Positions 25,760-39,959 of a DNA stretch of 64,000 nt are shown one piece after another; within the stretch, counting starts at the first letter, position 1; every line of letters starts with the position of its first letter. The DNA comes from Paraspadella gotoi (lineage: Eukaryota; Animalia; Chaetognatha), in NCBI GenBank assembly GCA_051294375.1, contig CM119265.1:9308772-9372771 (forward strand), given 5' to 3'. Position numbers and translations under genes: made by a program. Under the pieces are notes generated by a model. That model had not been told where the DNA came from. It saw only the letters and a list, made by a program, of their open reading frames with translations, and ran no database searches.

Positions 25760-26870
25760 AATTAAAAAAAAGGTATTAGAGAGAGAGAGGAGGACCGAGA
25801 TAGGAAATGAACAAAATGAACAATTTAATAGATTTAGATTATTAGTTGTATAACTAATTATGTAATGATATGAAGTAAATAGTGGATTCGAAAGAGATAT
25901 TATAAATTTGGAAGAAGACAATTACTGTAGATCAGATGAGAGAAGAGTATTACATAGTCAGATATTTTTGCAAAAATTTAGAAGAATAGTTGGAGACACA
26001 TAGGCTGGTTGATCTGAATGGGTGCCAAAAGCTTGCTTTGGAGTCGAAAAAGGTACTAACGGAAGAATGATGGAGATGTATGTAGTAAAAGAAGGAGTGT
26101 GGAAAATTAAAAATATAATTGTTCATGACAAGATTGGAAGACACAACCAATGTCAAAAGATATATCCATTGATTCGAATAGATAAGCTATCTTGCCCGAC
26201 CGACCGGCTGCATATAGGGACACGCAATGGTGGTTTAAGGCGCTATCGAATCACATTACAAACATTCAACCAAGACTCACGTCTTTATTTAAACTTGATA
26301 TAAAATTTTACGCGACATTTCAAATTATTTGGCTTTTCGGTCAAGTGAAGAAAAACCCATTGCAAAATTGTGATGGCTTTTTAAGAAGATTAAGGAAAAA
26401 CGTCGTAATCGGTAATCGCAAATTAACCAGTCTTCGAAAAGGCAAATTTCATGCCGAAATGGCAAAAAATGGGGAAAAAAAAGACGAAAAACAAGGTTTG
26501 TGTCGCTTGATGTTCACAATTCCAAGTTCTTGTCGATATTCGACTCCCCCTTCCCTTCCCTTCCTCACCCACTCTCCCCCCAGCAAATAAAAATGAGCGA
26601 ACTGGCCAGAACAAGAAAAAGAGGGCCTGTCCGGAGACCACAAGCACGCGCCCCCTCGGCTTCGCCTTCGTCCTCGTCGGGGTCGAGCGGCGGTCGTCCC
26701 CAATCGGGGATTATGTCTTAACCCGCGCCTGTTCCCATTCGAATGACGAACAGAGGGAACTTAGATTTTGTCAGCCGACAGAGTTTGATGAACGGGGAAG
26801 GGGCGGAAAGAAATTGAAGGTGAAAAGGTGGGAACTGGGGGGATGGAATGGTGGAAAGGTTAAAGGTTGG
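25760..26870 (-). repeat. Noisy inverted copy of ~16750-17760
   Basis: GGGGAAGGGCGGAAAGAAATTGAAGGTG (~26793) is the near reverse complement of CACCTTTCAATTTCTTTCCGCCCTTCCCC (~16808). TCTTCGAAAAGGCAAATTTCATGCCGAAATGGCAAAAAATGG (~26431) matches ~17198-17239. Confidence 0.85.
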
Positions 26871-27344
26871 GTTTTTTTTTTCCGATTCGTCATTTTAAGT
26901 TTTAGTCTTTTTTTAAAGGTTAATGTCGGAGATTTTTACTTGAGAGAAATATTTGGTTTATTCATATTTAATTTCAATTTATTTACGTCGAAAAAAAATA
27001 GACAAAAAGAAGGAGAAGAAAAGCAGATGGGAAAGAAATAAAAGATAGAACGAGAAAAATAAAGATAGATGGAAAAAAAAAGAGAGATTCGATTTAAGAA
27101 AGAAGGTTGGAAAGAGAGNNNNNNNNNNNNNNNNNNNNNNNNNNNNNNNNNNNNNNNNNNNNNNNNNNNNNNNNNNNNNNNNNNNNNNNNNNNNNNNNNN
27201 NNNNNNNNNNNNNNNNNNNNNNNNNNNNNNNNNNNNNNNNNNNNNNNNNNNNNNNNNNNNNNNNNNNNNNNNNNNNNNNNNNNNNNNNNNNNNNNNNNNN
27301 NNNNNNNNNNNNNNNNNNNNNNNNNNNNNNNNNNNNNNNNNNNN

Positions 27345-27375
<31 letters not shown>

Positions 27376-30300
27376 AAAACCGACAAGAAAAAGAGAATAC
27401 GTCTCCTCAGGGGTCATGTGACAGAATTGTGAGATATCACGTGAGAGTTCGTCTCGACGTGAAAAAAACGGCGACATGTGAGGATTTTGTCGTCGTCGTC
27501 GTCATCATCATCATCGTCGTCATTGTCATCGTCGTCCTAAGGATGTCGCCCCCTATTGGAGATCGTTGTTTAAAAACGTCGCCCGGGGCCCTAAACCGTC
27601 NNNNNNNNNNNNNNNNNNNNNNNNNNNNNNNNNNNNNNNNNNNNNNNNNNNNNNNNNNNNNNNNNNNNNNNNNNNNNNNNNNNNNNNNNNNNNNNNNNNN
27701 NNNNNNNNNNNNNNNNNNNNNNNNNNNNNNNNNNNNNNNNNNNNNNNNNNNNNNNNNNNNNNNNNNNNNNNNNNNNNNNNNNNNNNNNNNNNNNNNNNNN
27801 NNNNNNNNNNNNNNNNNNNNNNNNNNNNNNNNNNNNNNNNNNNNNNNNNNNNNNNNNNNNNNNGAGAGAGAGAGAGAGAGAACTTCGTGAGAAATTCTGC
27901 ATCAATCAACAACTTGTTTCCCCGGGGGGAATTTTCTTCTCTCCTAATATTTTTTTCTTATTTTTTCCTTTAATTTTTTATTTCTTTTTTAATTCTTTGC
28001 TCTATTTTCCTAAGTTTTTCTTTTCGTTAAGATTCCATCTTTCGTGAGAGATTCTTCGCGGTTTCACGGAACAAAAAATGGAATTTCGACTTTCGTGAAA
28101 TCGACGATCGAGATTCACGCATTAAATTGTGTTTGTTTTCGTTCTTCTCAAAGCTNNNNNNNNNNNNNNNNNNNNNNNNNNNNNNNNNNNNNNNNNNNNN
28201 NNNNNNNNNNNNNNNNNNNNNNNNNNNNNNNNNNNNNNNNNNNNNNNNNNNNNNNNNNNNNNNNNNNNNNNNNNNNNNNNNNNNNNNNNNNNNNNNNNNN
28301 NNNNNNNNNNNNNNNNNNNNNNNNNNNNNNNNNNNNNNNNNNNNNNNNNNNNNNNNNNNNNNNNNNNNNNNNNNNNNNNNNNNNNNNNNNNNNNNNNNNN
28401 NNNNNNNNNNNNNNNNNNNNNNNNNNNNNNNNNNNNNNNNNNNNNNNNNNNNNNNNNNNNNNNNNNNNNNNNNNNNNNNNNNNNNNNNNNNNNNNNNNNN
28501 NNNNNNNNNNNNNNNNNNNNNNNNNNNNNNNNNNNNNNNNNNNNNNNNNNNNNNNNNNNNNNNNNNNNNNNNNNNNNNNNNNNNNNNNNNNNNNNNNNNN
28601 NNNNNNNNNNNNNNNNNNNNNNNNNNNNNNNNNNNNNNNNNNNNNNNNNNNNNNNNNNNNNNNNNNNNNNNNNNNNNNNNNNNNNNNNNNNNNNNNNNNN
28701 NNNNNNNNNNNNNNNNNNNNNNNNNNNNNNNNNNNNNNNNNNNNNNNNNNNNNNNNNNNNNNNNNNNNNNNNNNNNNNNNNNNNNNNNNNNNNNNNNNNN
28801 NNNNNNNNNNNNNNNNNNNNNNNNNNNNNNNNNNNNNNNNNNNNNNNNNNNNNNNNNNNNNNNNNNNNNNNNNNNNNNNNNNNNNNNNNNNNNNNNNNNN
28901 NNNNNNNNNNNNNNNNNNNNNNNNNNNNNNNNNNNNNNNNNNNNNNNNNNNNNNNNNNNNNNNNNNNNNNNNNNNNNNNNNNNNNNNNNNNNNNNNNNNN
29001 NNNNNNNNNNNNNNNNNNNNNNNNNNNNNNNNNNNNNNNNNNNNNNNNNNNNNNNNNNNNNNNNNNNNNNNNNNNNNNNNNNATGACAAAAAGCGAAACC
29101 AAAACATTTTTTTTCTCTTTTGAGTCGAAAAACAAGAATTTGTTTTGTTCTTGAAATTTTAGAGAGACTGAAAATCACGTGACGACGACGACGACGACGA
29201 CGACGACAGCGAAGTGAAAAACGGAAGTCATAGACGAAGAAGGTACAAAGAGTTTTAAAAACATCCAGGTGGAGAAAAGGGGAAGTTGGGAGATTATATA
29301 AAAAATTTAATTTAAAATAATCAGCTTGCTTTCAAGATTAAACTTTAATTTTACGAAAAAAAAATTTTCTTTAACGATCTGATAATACGAAAATATATAT
29401 TGTAAAGGAAATATGAAATTTAGCAAGGCGACTAGGATATATATATCTTTTCCAAATTTTTTAATCAATGTTGAAACGACTGTTGGTTGTGGAAAAATAG
29501 GTACTATAATAGAATAAGTATAAATAAGTAGTAAATAAGTAGTAATATAATAAGTATAAAAGAAAAGGGGGGCAGGCAGTTCTGAGCGCTGGCTTCTAGG
29601 AGTGGCATCTCGGTATGGCAACTGGTAAAAGTCAAAACAATTTTCCTTCCTTCCTAGGATGATAGCTGATTGCTCAGGGTCAGACTTGGCCAAAAATACT
29701 TTGCTAATCTCTACCCTCGGACAGCCAGGTCCGCGGGTTCGAGGCGGCGAATTCAATTTTTATTTTCTAAGGAAACCGCAACAATAAACAGACGGACGGA
29801 GAAAGAGATGGACTGGATTCTTTTTCGTGAACTGATCACAAAACGAAAACTGTTTTTTCATTTATCTTGACTGCAGCACCAGTTACAACAACGACAACGA
29901 CGACGACGACAACAACGCGGGGGCGTAGACGGTTATTATCTAGGGCCCGACTTCGACCAGGAATGTCGAGCGCAGCCATCTTCGGTGGATAATTTAGTGC
30001 GGGGAACCGATTCGAGTAACTAGAGGATAGAGGGAGTAGATGTTACGAAGGGGGGATGTTTTGTGTTGAGAGAATTGGAGAGATGCTGAGTTTGGGATGG
30101 TGAATGGATTATTGAAAAAAGGGGCGAAGGGGAATCGGGGTATGTCCTCGAAGATTTTAGTCAAGTAATTTAAGCAATTTAATTTGAACAAATTTATTTA
30201 GTAAAATTAATGAAAAAATGAGGAGCGAATGAAATATGATTGAAAAAAATAAATACATATAAAATATTCAGCAATTCTATTCTTATCTCTAGAAGACAAA

Positions 30301-30728
30301 ACTAACCAGAAATTGGGTAAATACTCTTTGCCTTAAAGGATTAAAAATTTGATATTAAAAGAAAATAAAAGTAAAATAAAAATTTTAACATTTTAACATC
30401 TCAAAATCTTTAAAATCTCAAAAAAAAAAAAGCGACACAAGTATCTTTTTCCATTTTCATACAATCTAAACCACGGACTAATAAATTTAATTACTAAGTC
30501 TAAAGAAATAAAAAAAAAGTACAGGATTTCCGATGCCGTCTAATTTATTTTTTCGTCGTCTTTGCGGTGACAAAACCGTTGATTATGTTTTTATCTCTCT
30601 GACTGAAAATTCATTCGTCTTCAGAAATCCGACGAGTTTTGGTTTTCGGTTAGATCGCTTCCTGCGAGACAGAGAGAGAGAGAGAGAGAGAGAGATGAAG
30701 AGAGGAGAGAGAGAGAAGAGAGAGAGAC

Positions 30729-30765
<37 letters not shown>

Positions 30766-30882
30766 ATCAAAAGTAATTAAAGAATTATAATAACGAGGTT
30801 GGAGTGTTCCGCTTCTAATCTCCGACGCGACTTTCCCGCGTTGTAACGGGTGACGTCTCCTTGTAACAAAGTAGAAGAGAGA

Positions 30883-30921
<39 letters not shown>

Positions 30922-31818
30922 CTTGCTCCATCGACTAGCCCAATAACTTAGCCCCGAGACGGAGCTCCTTTGAAACGAGTTTGAGATTCGGAAAGTAAAA
31001 AGCGGGAGACATAGATTTCCGTTAATTCTATTTAAATAATGTTTGTTTATTCATAGATCAATGTTCAATATTATTTTTTAGTAATCCTTTGAATAACCCC
31101 ATGTTTCTTTTCACGTTAAATTTCCTAGTAAGTATTTACTAATCTTAACAACCTTTTCCTGGATCTATTTTAGGTATAAAATTCATGCATTGCAAAATCT
31201 AGGATTAAAACCGATGAGTAGACGATGAATAATTCTTTTCCGTTCTGTATTCAATAGAAGAGATTAAGCTCAAGATTAAGCTCGAGATTTTCTCCCATTT
31301 TTGCGTCGCACCTGGAAAAATCCCCGATTTTTCCTTCATTTCTTTTTCTTTTCTTTTTCTTCCTTTTTTTTATAAACTTTTTCCTCTCAAATTTTCTTTC
31401 TTTTTTTTAAATTTTGTCGTTTTCTGTTTTCTCCTCAGATTAGATTTCGACTTCGAAGATAAAAGGAAAGAAATAATCGCAATCGAGTCGACGGTGCATC
31501 ATTAGCCAACCACAAATTCGAATTGATTCGATTCGATACGATTTGATTGGTTAATTTATTGGGCTAACAGAGGAGCTTTAAGAATTTTCTTTTTCTTTTG
31601 ATCGTTTACGAGGAATCTTATAGAATAATACTTCATTCCTTTGTTTATTAAGCAAACTTATTCTTATATTTGTTGTTCATATCAGTTCATTTTAATTCAT
31701 CTTTCAATCCAATTTCTTTCGACATTAAAAAAGTTCGACATTAAATTCATTCACTCGATACTTCCCCCCCTCCCCGTTTATCGTTCAATCGTAAGTTCCG
31801 CTTCTCGCTTTGGTCTTC

Positions 31819-31851
<33 letters not shown>

Positions 31852-32366
31852 AATGACCGAGCCATCGAAATTGTTCTCTTCGTTCTATCGTGATTAATTC
31901 ATATAAATATATATATACTAGCGGTTTTTCGAATTTTTTACCAATTAAAATATTTCATATTAACTATTTAAAGTTTAAGGCGAACATCGTTTCCATTTAA
32001 AAAAATTTTGACCGAACTCCGAACCAGGCGCGAACCCGAAAAATTTCTAACCACGACTTTGACGATTTACAAGTGAAACTAAAAGTCTCTGTGCCGGTGG
32101 CGTCTTCGTTCTCGAAAACGCTCTCGATGTCGTCTTCGTCTTCGTCTTAGTCGTCTTTCTCTTATTCTTCGTCTTCGTCTTCGTCGTCTTTCTCTTATTC
32201 TTCGTCTTCGTCGCCGACAATTTAGCTCCGCCGCCGATAAGCGGCGTCGTCGTCGTCGTCGTCGTCGTCGTCGGCTTACTGTCCCGAAATCTTCCAAATA
32301 ATCTTACCAAACACTTATCTCCCAGATTATTTCCCACTGTTATTTCGGTATATATCTTCTCCATTA

Positions 32367-32450
<84 letters not shown>

Positions 32451-32525
32451 TTCTTTCTTCCCTCGGTTTTCTCTCAAGTGACGATCTTTCCAGTGTAACT
32501 GGACCCGCTGGCCCCCGCAGGCGGT

Positions 32526-32583
<58 letters not shown>

Positions 32584-32829
32584 GTCATCCTGGAACCTAG
32601 ATCTAGCTTTTTTTTTCTCCCTCGGCATGTGAAAAAAAAACCAGTTTTAGCCACTGTTTCACTCTACTCCTCACACAAGATGAAACACTAGAAGTATGAG
32701 AGAGAGAGAGAGAAGAGACAGAGAGAGAGAGAGATATAATATTTTTCCCTTCTTTTTCTCACTCGTACTGAGGGAAAATTTGGCAAGGAACTCCCGCGTC
32801 CTCAACGCGAAATCTTTCCAGGTGTGGGG

Positions 32830-32836
32830 ACAGAGG

Positions 32837-32913
<77 letters not shown>

Positions 32914-33844
32914 ATCTACCGCGAAAGAAAAAAGCCCCTTTTGTATCCAGTGTCCGTTCGAGGGGAAAGTGTCCTTCGGTTTCAGTTCAGGAACCGTTTA
33001 TTACTGACCCGAAAGTGGTTTTTAAAGGGGCGGCTTTGCGGGGAGGAGGATGAGGAAGAGGAAGAGGAGAGATCAAAATCAGTACAAAGTGTCAGCCTCA
33101 TTGTTTCTTTTCATTCATACTTTTCCCGATGGACGCGCGATTGTTAGTCTACACACATGAAGAAAGTACAATAGTTTAATAGTTAATAGTTATACAGTGT
33201 GTGTGCGGAATTGTGTTATTAAATATTTATTATATTATTATATATTTAAATTTTATTATTTGAAGTTGGAGCGATTGAATCATTAACCAGAACAAAATGG
33301 TTGCTATTTATTCGATAAATTATCATTAAATCAATTAAAAAAGTAATATGAACAAGGTAATAAATAATTTTTAAAATAATGATTACTGCATAAAAAAGTT
33401 CTGGAGCTAAAAATATGAGTAGTTTCTTACTGTCCGTGCATCTAAAGAAAAGATTTAAAACATTTTTTAACAATATTATAAAAAATATTTGATAAATAAT
33501 AAAAAAATATATCACTTAAAAATAACTGAAAAAATATTGTTACCAATTTCTTTACGTAAATAACTACAAAGTTTGCTTTGTTCAATTTTTAAAATTTTAG
33601 GTTCCTAAAAATGGTCCTATACTTGTGCGCATTATTCATTATAATGAATGAAATTTTTCGATCTGGTATAGGAGCAGTAAGCTTTTCTTAACAGACAGAC
33701 ACACTGTACCTATTTATTGAGGAAAGAAAAGAAGAAAGGGAACGTTCGGGTTAAACATCTAAATTCGCCGCATGCATATTCAACGAACGCGGAAATCAAC
33801 GGCAGGCGTGTATGAATAAATAAAATCGCGCTACAATCAGAGAG

Positions 33845-33907
<63 letters not shown>

Positions 33908-34160
33908 AGAGAGAGAGAAGAAGAAGAGAAAAGAAGAATGACGACAGTACAAAATGAATATTAAGCGAACGCGTTCGACACAACGAAACCCAAAAATCCC
34001 ACGAAATTTTTTCGACCTAAAACGAAAAGCGCGAAGGAGAGAGAATAAAGGAATTTGAGAAAAATTTCGTAAATTCTTTAATAAGTTTCAGCCCCGGTCG
34101 GAAGGTCCGCTTTGGACCAACACAAAAAATGTTATTTACAATTTTAGAAAAGAAAAAAAA

Positions 34161-34206
<46 letters not shown>

Positions 34207-34398
34207 CCTCTCGATTTTAAAAAAAAATAATTTCAAAGGCCCCGATCGAGCTTAAAAAACCGGGGCACGTTAGTGATTATTGTGTTTTTTTAATCCGATA
34301 TTCCGCTAATCATAATTAACAGAAAAGCCCCATCTCTCTCTTNNNNNNNNNNNNNNNNNNNNNNNNNTTCGTTGTGTTGTTGAGAGAGATTCTTCTCT

Positions 34399-34448
<50 letters not shown>

Positions 34449-36464
34449 TCTCTCTCTCTCTCTCTCTCCTATCTACCGCGAAAGAAAAAAGCCCCTTTGC
34501 TTATTGTTCCAGTGTCCTAGTCGAGGGGAAAAGTGTCCTTTCGGTTTCAGTCAGGAACGTTTATACTGACCCGAAAGGTGGTTTTTAAAGGGGCGGCTTG
34601 CGGGGGAGGAGGATGAGGAAGAGGAAGAGGAGAGATCAAATCCGTACAAAAGTGTCAGCCTCATTGTTTCTTTTACATTCATACTTTTCCCGATGGACGC
34701 GTGATTGTTAGTCTACACACATGAAGAGAAAGTACAATAGTTTAATAGTTAATAGTTATACAGATGTGTGTGCGGAAGGTGTTATTAAATATTTATTTAT
34801 TTTATTATATATTTAAATTTTATTATTTGAAGTTGTTAAGCGATTGAATCATTAACCAGAACAAAAATGGTTGCTATTTATATCGATAAATTATCATTAA
34901 ATCAATTAAAAAAGTAATATGAACAAGTAAGTAAATAATTTAAAAAAATGATTACTGCATAATAAAAGTTCTGGAGCTAAAAATATGGAGTAGTTTCTTT
35001 ACTGTCCTGCATCTAAAGAAAAGATTTAAAACATTTTTTAATCAATATTTATAAAAAATATTTGATAAATAATAAAAAATATATCACTTAAAAATAACTG
35101 AAAAAATATTGTTACCAATTTCTTTACGTAATAACTACTTCAATTTTGTAAAATTTTAGGTATCCTATAAATCTATATGTGCGCCATATTCATTATAATG
35201 AATGAAATTTTTCGATCTGGTATAGGAGCAGTAAGCTTTTCTTAACAGACAGACACACTGTACCTATTTATTGAGGAAAGAAAAGAAGAAAGGGAACGTT
35301 CGGGGTTAACATCTAAATTCGCCGCATGCATATTCAACGAACGCGGAAATCAACGCAGGCGTGTATGAATAAATAAAATCGCGCTACAATCAGAGAGAGA
35401 GAGAGNNNNNNNNNNNNNNNNNNNNNNNNNTTCGTTGTGTTGTTGAGAGAGATTCTTCTCTCTCTCTCTCTCTCTCTCTCCCTCTCTCTCTCTCTCTCTT
35501 TCCTCTCTTCTCTCTCTCTCTCTCTCTCCTCTCTACCGCGAAAGAAAAAAGCCCCTTTCTTATTGTTCCAGTGTCTAGGGCGAGGGGAAAAGTGTCCTTT
35601 CGGTTTCGTCAGGAACGTTTATACTGACCCGAAAGGTGGCGTTTTTAAAGGCGGCTTCGGGGGAGGAGGATGAGGAAGAGGAAGAGGAGAGCATTCCAAT
35701 TCCGTACAAAAGTGTCAGCCTCATTGTTTCTTTACATTCATACTTTTCCGAGGACGCGTGTGCAATTGTTAGTTACACACATGGAGAAAGTACAATAGTT
35801 TAATAGTTAATAGTGTATACAGATGTGTGTGCGAACGGTGTTATTAAATATTATTTATTTTATTATATATTTAAATTTTATTATTTGAAGTTGTTAAGCG
35901 ATTGAATCATTAAGCCAGAACAAAAATGTGCTAATTTAATCGCATAAATTATCATTAAATCAAGTAAAAAAGTTAAATATGAACCAAGTTAAGCTAAATA
36001 ATTTAAAAAATATGATTACTGCATAATAAAAGTTCTGGAGCCTAAAGAATGATGGAGTAGTTTCTTTACTGTTCCTGCCATCTAAAGAAAGATTTTAAAA
36101 ACATTTTTAATCAATATTTATAAAAAAATATTTGATAGTAATAAAAAATATATCACTTAAAATAACTGAAAAATACTTGTTACCAATTTCTTTACGTAAT
36201 AACTACTAATTTTGTAAAATTTCTAGGTATCCTATATCCTATGATGTGCGCCATATTCAATTATAATGAATGAAATTTTTCGATCTGGTAATTAGGAGCA
36301 GTAAGCTTTTCTTAACAGACAGGACACACTGTACCTTATTTATTGAGGAAAGAAAAGGAGGAAGGGAACATTCGGGGTAACATCTAAATTCGCCGATGCA
36401 TATTCAACGAACGCGGAAATCAACGCAGGCGTGTATGAATAAATAAAATCGCGCTACAATCAGA

Positions 36465-36524
<60 letters not shown>

Positions 36525-37862
36525 ACAGTACAAAAATGAATATTTATTAATATTCATTTTTGTACATGTCGTCATTCTCCTTCTCTTCTTATAAGGGCGA
36601 ACGCGTTCGACACAACGAAACCCAAAAATCCCACGAAATTTTTTTTCGACCTAAAAACGAAAATGCGCAGAAGGAGAGAGAATAAAGGAATTTGAGAAAA
36701 ATTCGTAAATTCTTTAATAAGTTTCAGCCCCGGTCGGAAGGTCCGCTTTGGACCAACACAAAAAATGTTATTTACAATTTTAGAAAGAAAAAAAAATTAT
36801 CTCNNNNNNNNNNNNNNNNNNNNNNNNNTTCGTTGTGTTGTTGAGAGAGATTCTTCTCTCTCTCTCTCTCTCTCTCTCCCTCTCTCTCTCTCTCTCTTTC
36901 CTCTCTTCTCTCTCTCTCTCTCTCTCCTCTCTACCGCGAAAGAAAAAAGCCCCTTTCTTATTGTTCCAGTGTCTAGGGCGAGGGGAAAAGTGTCCTTTCG
37001 GTTTCGTCAGGAACGTTTATACTGACCCGAAAGGTGGCGTTTTTAAAGGCGGCTTCGGGGGAGGAGGATGAGGAAGAGGAAGAGGAGAGCATTCCAATTC
37101 CGTACAAAAGTGTCAGCCTCATTGTTTCTTTACATTCATACTTTTCCGAGGACGCGTGTGCAATTGTTAGTTACACACATGGAGAAAGTACAATAGTTTA
37201 ATAGTTAATAGTGTATACAGATGTGTGTGCGAACGGTGTTATTAAATATTATTTATTTTATTATATATTTAAATTTTATTATTTGAAGTTGTTAAGCGAT
37301 TGAATCATTAAGCCAGAACAAAAATGTGCTAATTTAATCGCATAAATTATCATTAAATCAAGTAAAAAAGTTAAATATGAACCAAGTTAAGCTAAATAAT
37401 TTAAAAAATATGATTACTGCATAATAAAAGTTCTGGAGCCTAAAGAATGATGGAGTAGTTTCTTTACTGTTCCTGCCATCTAAAGAAAGATTTTAAAAAC
37501 ATTTTTAATCAATATTTATAAAAAAATATTTGATAGTAATAAAAAATATATCACTTAAAATAACTGAAAAATACTTGTTACCAATTTCTTTACGTAATAA
37601 CTACTAATTTTGTAAAATTTCTAGGTATCCTATATCCTATGATGTGCGCCATATTCAATTATAATGAATGAAATTTTTCGATCTGGTAATTAGGAGCAGT
37701 AAGCTTTTCTTAACAGACAGGACACACTGTACCTTATTTATTGAGGAAAGAAAAGGAGGAAGGGAACATTCGGGGTAACATCTAAATTCGCCGATGCATA
37801 TTCAACGAACGCGGAAATCAACGCAGGCGTGTATGAATAAATAAAATCGCGCTACAATCAGA

Positions 37863-37922
<60 letters not shown>

Positions 37923-38385
37923 ACAGTACAAAAATGAATATTTATTAATATTCATTTTTGTACATGTCGTCATTCTCCTTCTCTTCTTATAAGGGCGAAC
38001 GCGTTCGACACAACGAAACCCAAAAATCCCACGAAATTTTTTTTCGACCTAAAACGGAAAGGCGCAGAAGGAGAGAGAATAAGAATTTGAGAAAAAATTC
38101 TGTAAATTCTTTCATTAAGTTTCAGCCCGGTCGGAAGTTCCGCTTTGGAACCAACACAAAAAATAGTTATTTACAAATTTTAGAAGAAAAAAAAAATTAT
38201 CTCTCTCTCTCTCAATCATCATCTCTCTCTCTCTGCTCTCTCCCTCTTCCTTCTCGATTTTAAAAAAAAGTAATTCAAAGCCCGCATCGAGGGCTTTAAA
38301 AAACCGGGGGGCGAACCGTAGTGATTATTGTGCATTTTTTTTAATCCGATATTCCGCTAATCATAATTAACAGAAAAGCCCCCTG
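32830..38385 (+). repeat. Four tandem partial copies of a ~1.4-1.5 kb unit separated by 25-N gaps (34343-34367, 35406-35430, 36804-36828); probable gap-filling artefact
   Basis: CTACCGCGAAAGAAAAAAGCCCC at ~32916, 34473, 35533 and 36931. Copies 3 and 4 appear identical over >1.1 kb, including idiosyncratic indels. Copies 2-4 each restart at the same TTCGTTGTGTTGTTGAGAG after the Ns. Confidence 0.9.
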
Positions 38386-38782
38386 ACTGAAATGAAACGA
38401 ATTGAACATCTATTGTTTTGAATTTAGAACGAATGAAAATGTTTCTCCTTTTTCTTGAATGAACTAAAAATTGCCTTCAATTTCAAATACGCGACGAAAA
38501 TAATTTATTAATTTACGCGGTACTCAAAATGATCGTTTTTTTTTTTTTAACGGAAAGGGTGTTTCCATCGATTAGCTAATGGTCCGAATTTAAATATAAG
38601 TTCAAATCAGTTAAAGAGGGGAAAAGAGCACATTTTATCTGAGCGATGATTATCTATGAGAGCAAACATTAAACCACTTAACGCCTTTTTATAAAAGTAA
38701 AGATAAATATAAATGACAGATACTACTCAAAGAAAAAAAAAGCGGCCGAGTATGCGGCTCTAAAATACAGTAACGGGTAACG

Positions 38783-38819
<37 letters not shown>

Positions 38820-38908
38820 CCATCCAGTCCAGAAAGCCGTTCTACTTCTACTTCTAGAATGTAACTCTCCCTTTCTCTCATTTTCTCTCTCTGAGCTTTT
38901 TTCAATCA

Positions 38909-38940
<32 letters not shown>

Positions 38941-38961
38941 TCTCTTTCGGCTACTCTGTTT

Positions 38962-39922
38962 TTCCCACGATCTTAGCCTAGGCTGAAAACTGGGAGGATC
39001 TCACTTTCAGAAAAAATCTGGGAGAGAGAAAAAAAAAGAAGTTTCTCGAAAAATAGAAGACGTGGTTAATTTGCGTAAGCTTTCGGTTAATAGTACGACA
39101 TAGGCTTAGAAAAAAAAAGGTTTGCTTTTTTCGCTCGGCACAATCGATCGATCCTAAGAAAATGCGACAATTAGAACAGAAACATTATACCGTATATAAA
39201 GAAGGATTATCAGCTTTTTTTTTTTAAATTACCTTTTTTTATTTTATACATGTCTTTTAATTCTATACAAAATGTATTTTATGTAAAAAGGAAATGCAAA
39301 GTTTACGACCACCCTACATTGCGTTTCCTCCTAGAGTTTTTGTTAATTTAAAAGTGAACATGATTCAATTCATCCGATTCATCATAATTTTTTGTGAATG
39401 GATTGCCCACCAGATACTTACGACAAACTTTTTTTTTGACTTTTCATGCGGTTAAAAAACACGCATAGTTTATCGAACATAGTAGAATCCCCTTCCTCCT
39501 CATGCTACCAAATCATCTCAATATTCCCACCGCTTCAGTCTTTCCCACACGATATATTTCTCTCTCTCTCTGTCTCTGTCTCTCTCTCTCGGCCTTCTCT
39601 TTCTTTCTCGGACTCCCACTGGCTCTCGATTCGGTTCTCACACAACGCCGAGTACCTTTTCCCCCTCTTTCGACCAATCATAACTCTTTCCTCAGCTAAG
39701 TTCGACGTAGAACCCGCCTAGCCAATCGGGACGCCGTTTCCAACTTTTTTCTCAGGCTCCTCGTCGGCGATCGGTCGGATCCCGAAAGATATTCCGCCAA
39801 TTGTCTCTAGTTTGTTTTTTATATATTCTCTTCCAACGACGTCATGATCTGAGTTCTCAACTCTCCCTCTCTCTCCCGTTGAATAGTCGACGTTCGAACT
39901 CTCTCGTCGGCGAGATTTTTCG

Positions 39923-39959
<37 letters not shown>

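Larger units (their letters stand above)
8015..36828. other. Region containing 15 assembly gaps (N runs)
   Basis: Gaps at 8015-8194, 13927-14106, 14610-14976, 15837-16118, 17078-17116, 18083-18294, 18425-19325, 19812-19959, 21082-21106, 27119-27344, 27601-27863, 28156-29082, 34343-34367, 35406-35430, 36804-36828. Many abut microsatellites. Confidence 0.95.

Noticed and set aside
29570-29720. CpG-poor island with a YFWPSL peptide on the - strand, faintly like a Gypsy integrase zinc-finger region
   Set aside because: Only six residues, followed by a stop; no HHCC or other retroelement motifs.
32047-32628. 193-aa minus-strand ORF with TKTKTK/RERE repeats
   Set aside because: Built from GA, GAC and GAAGAC microsatellites.
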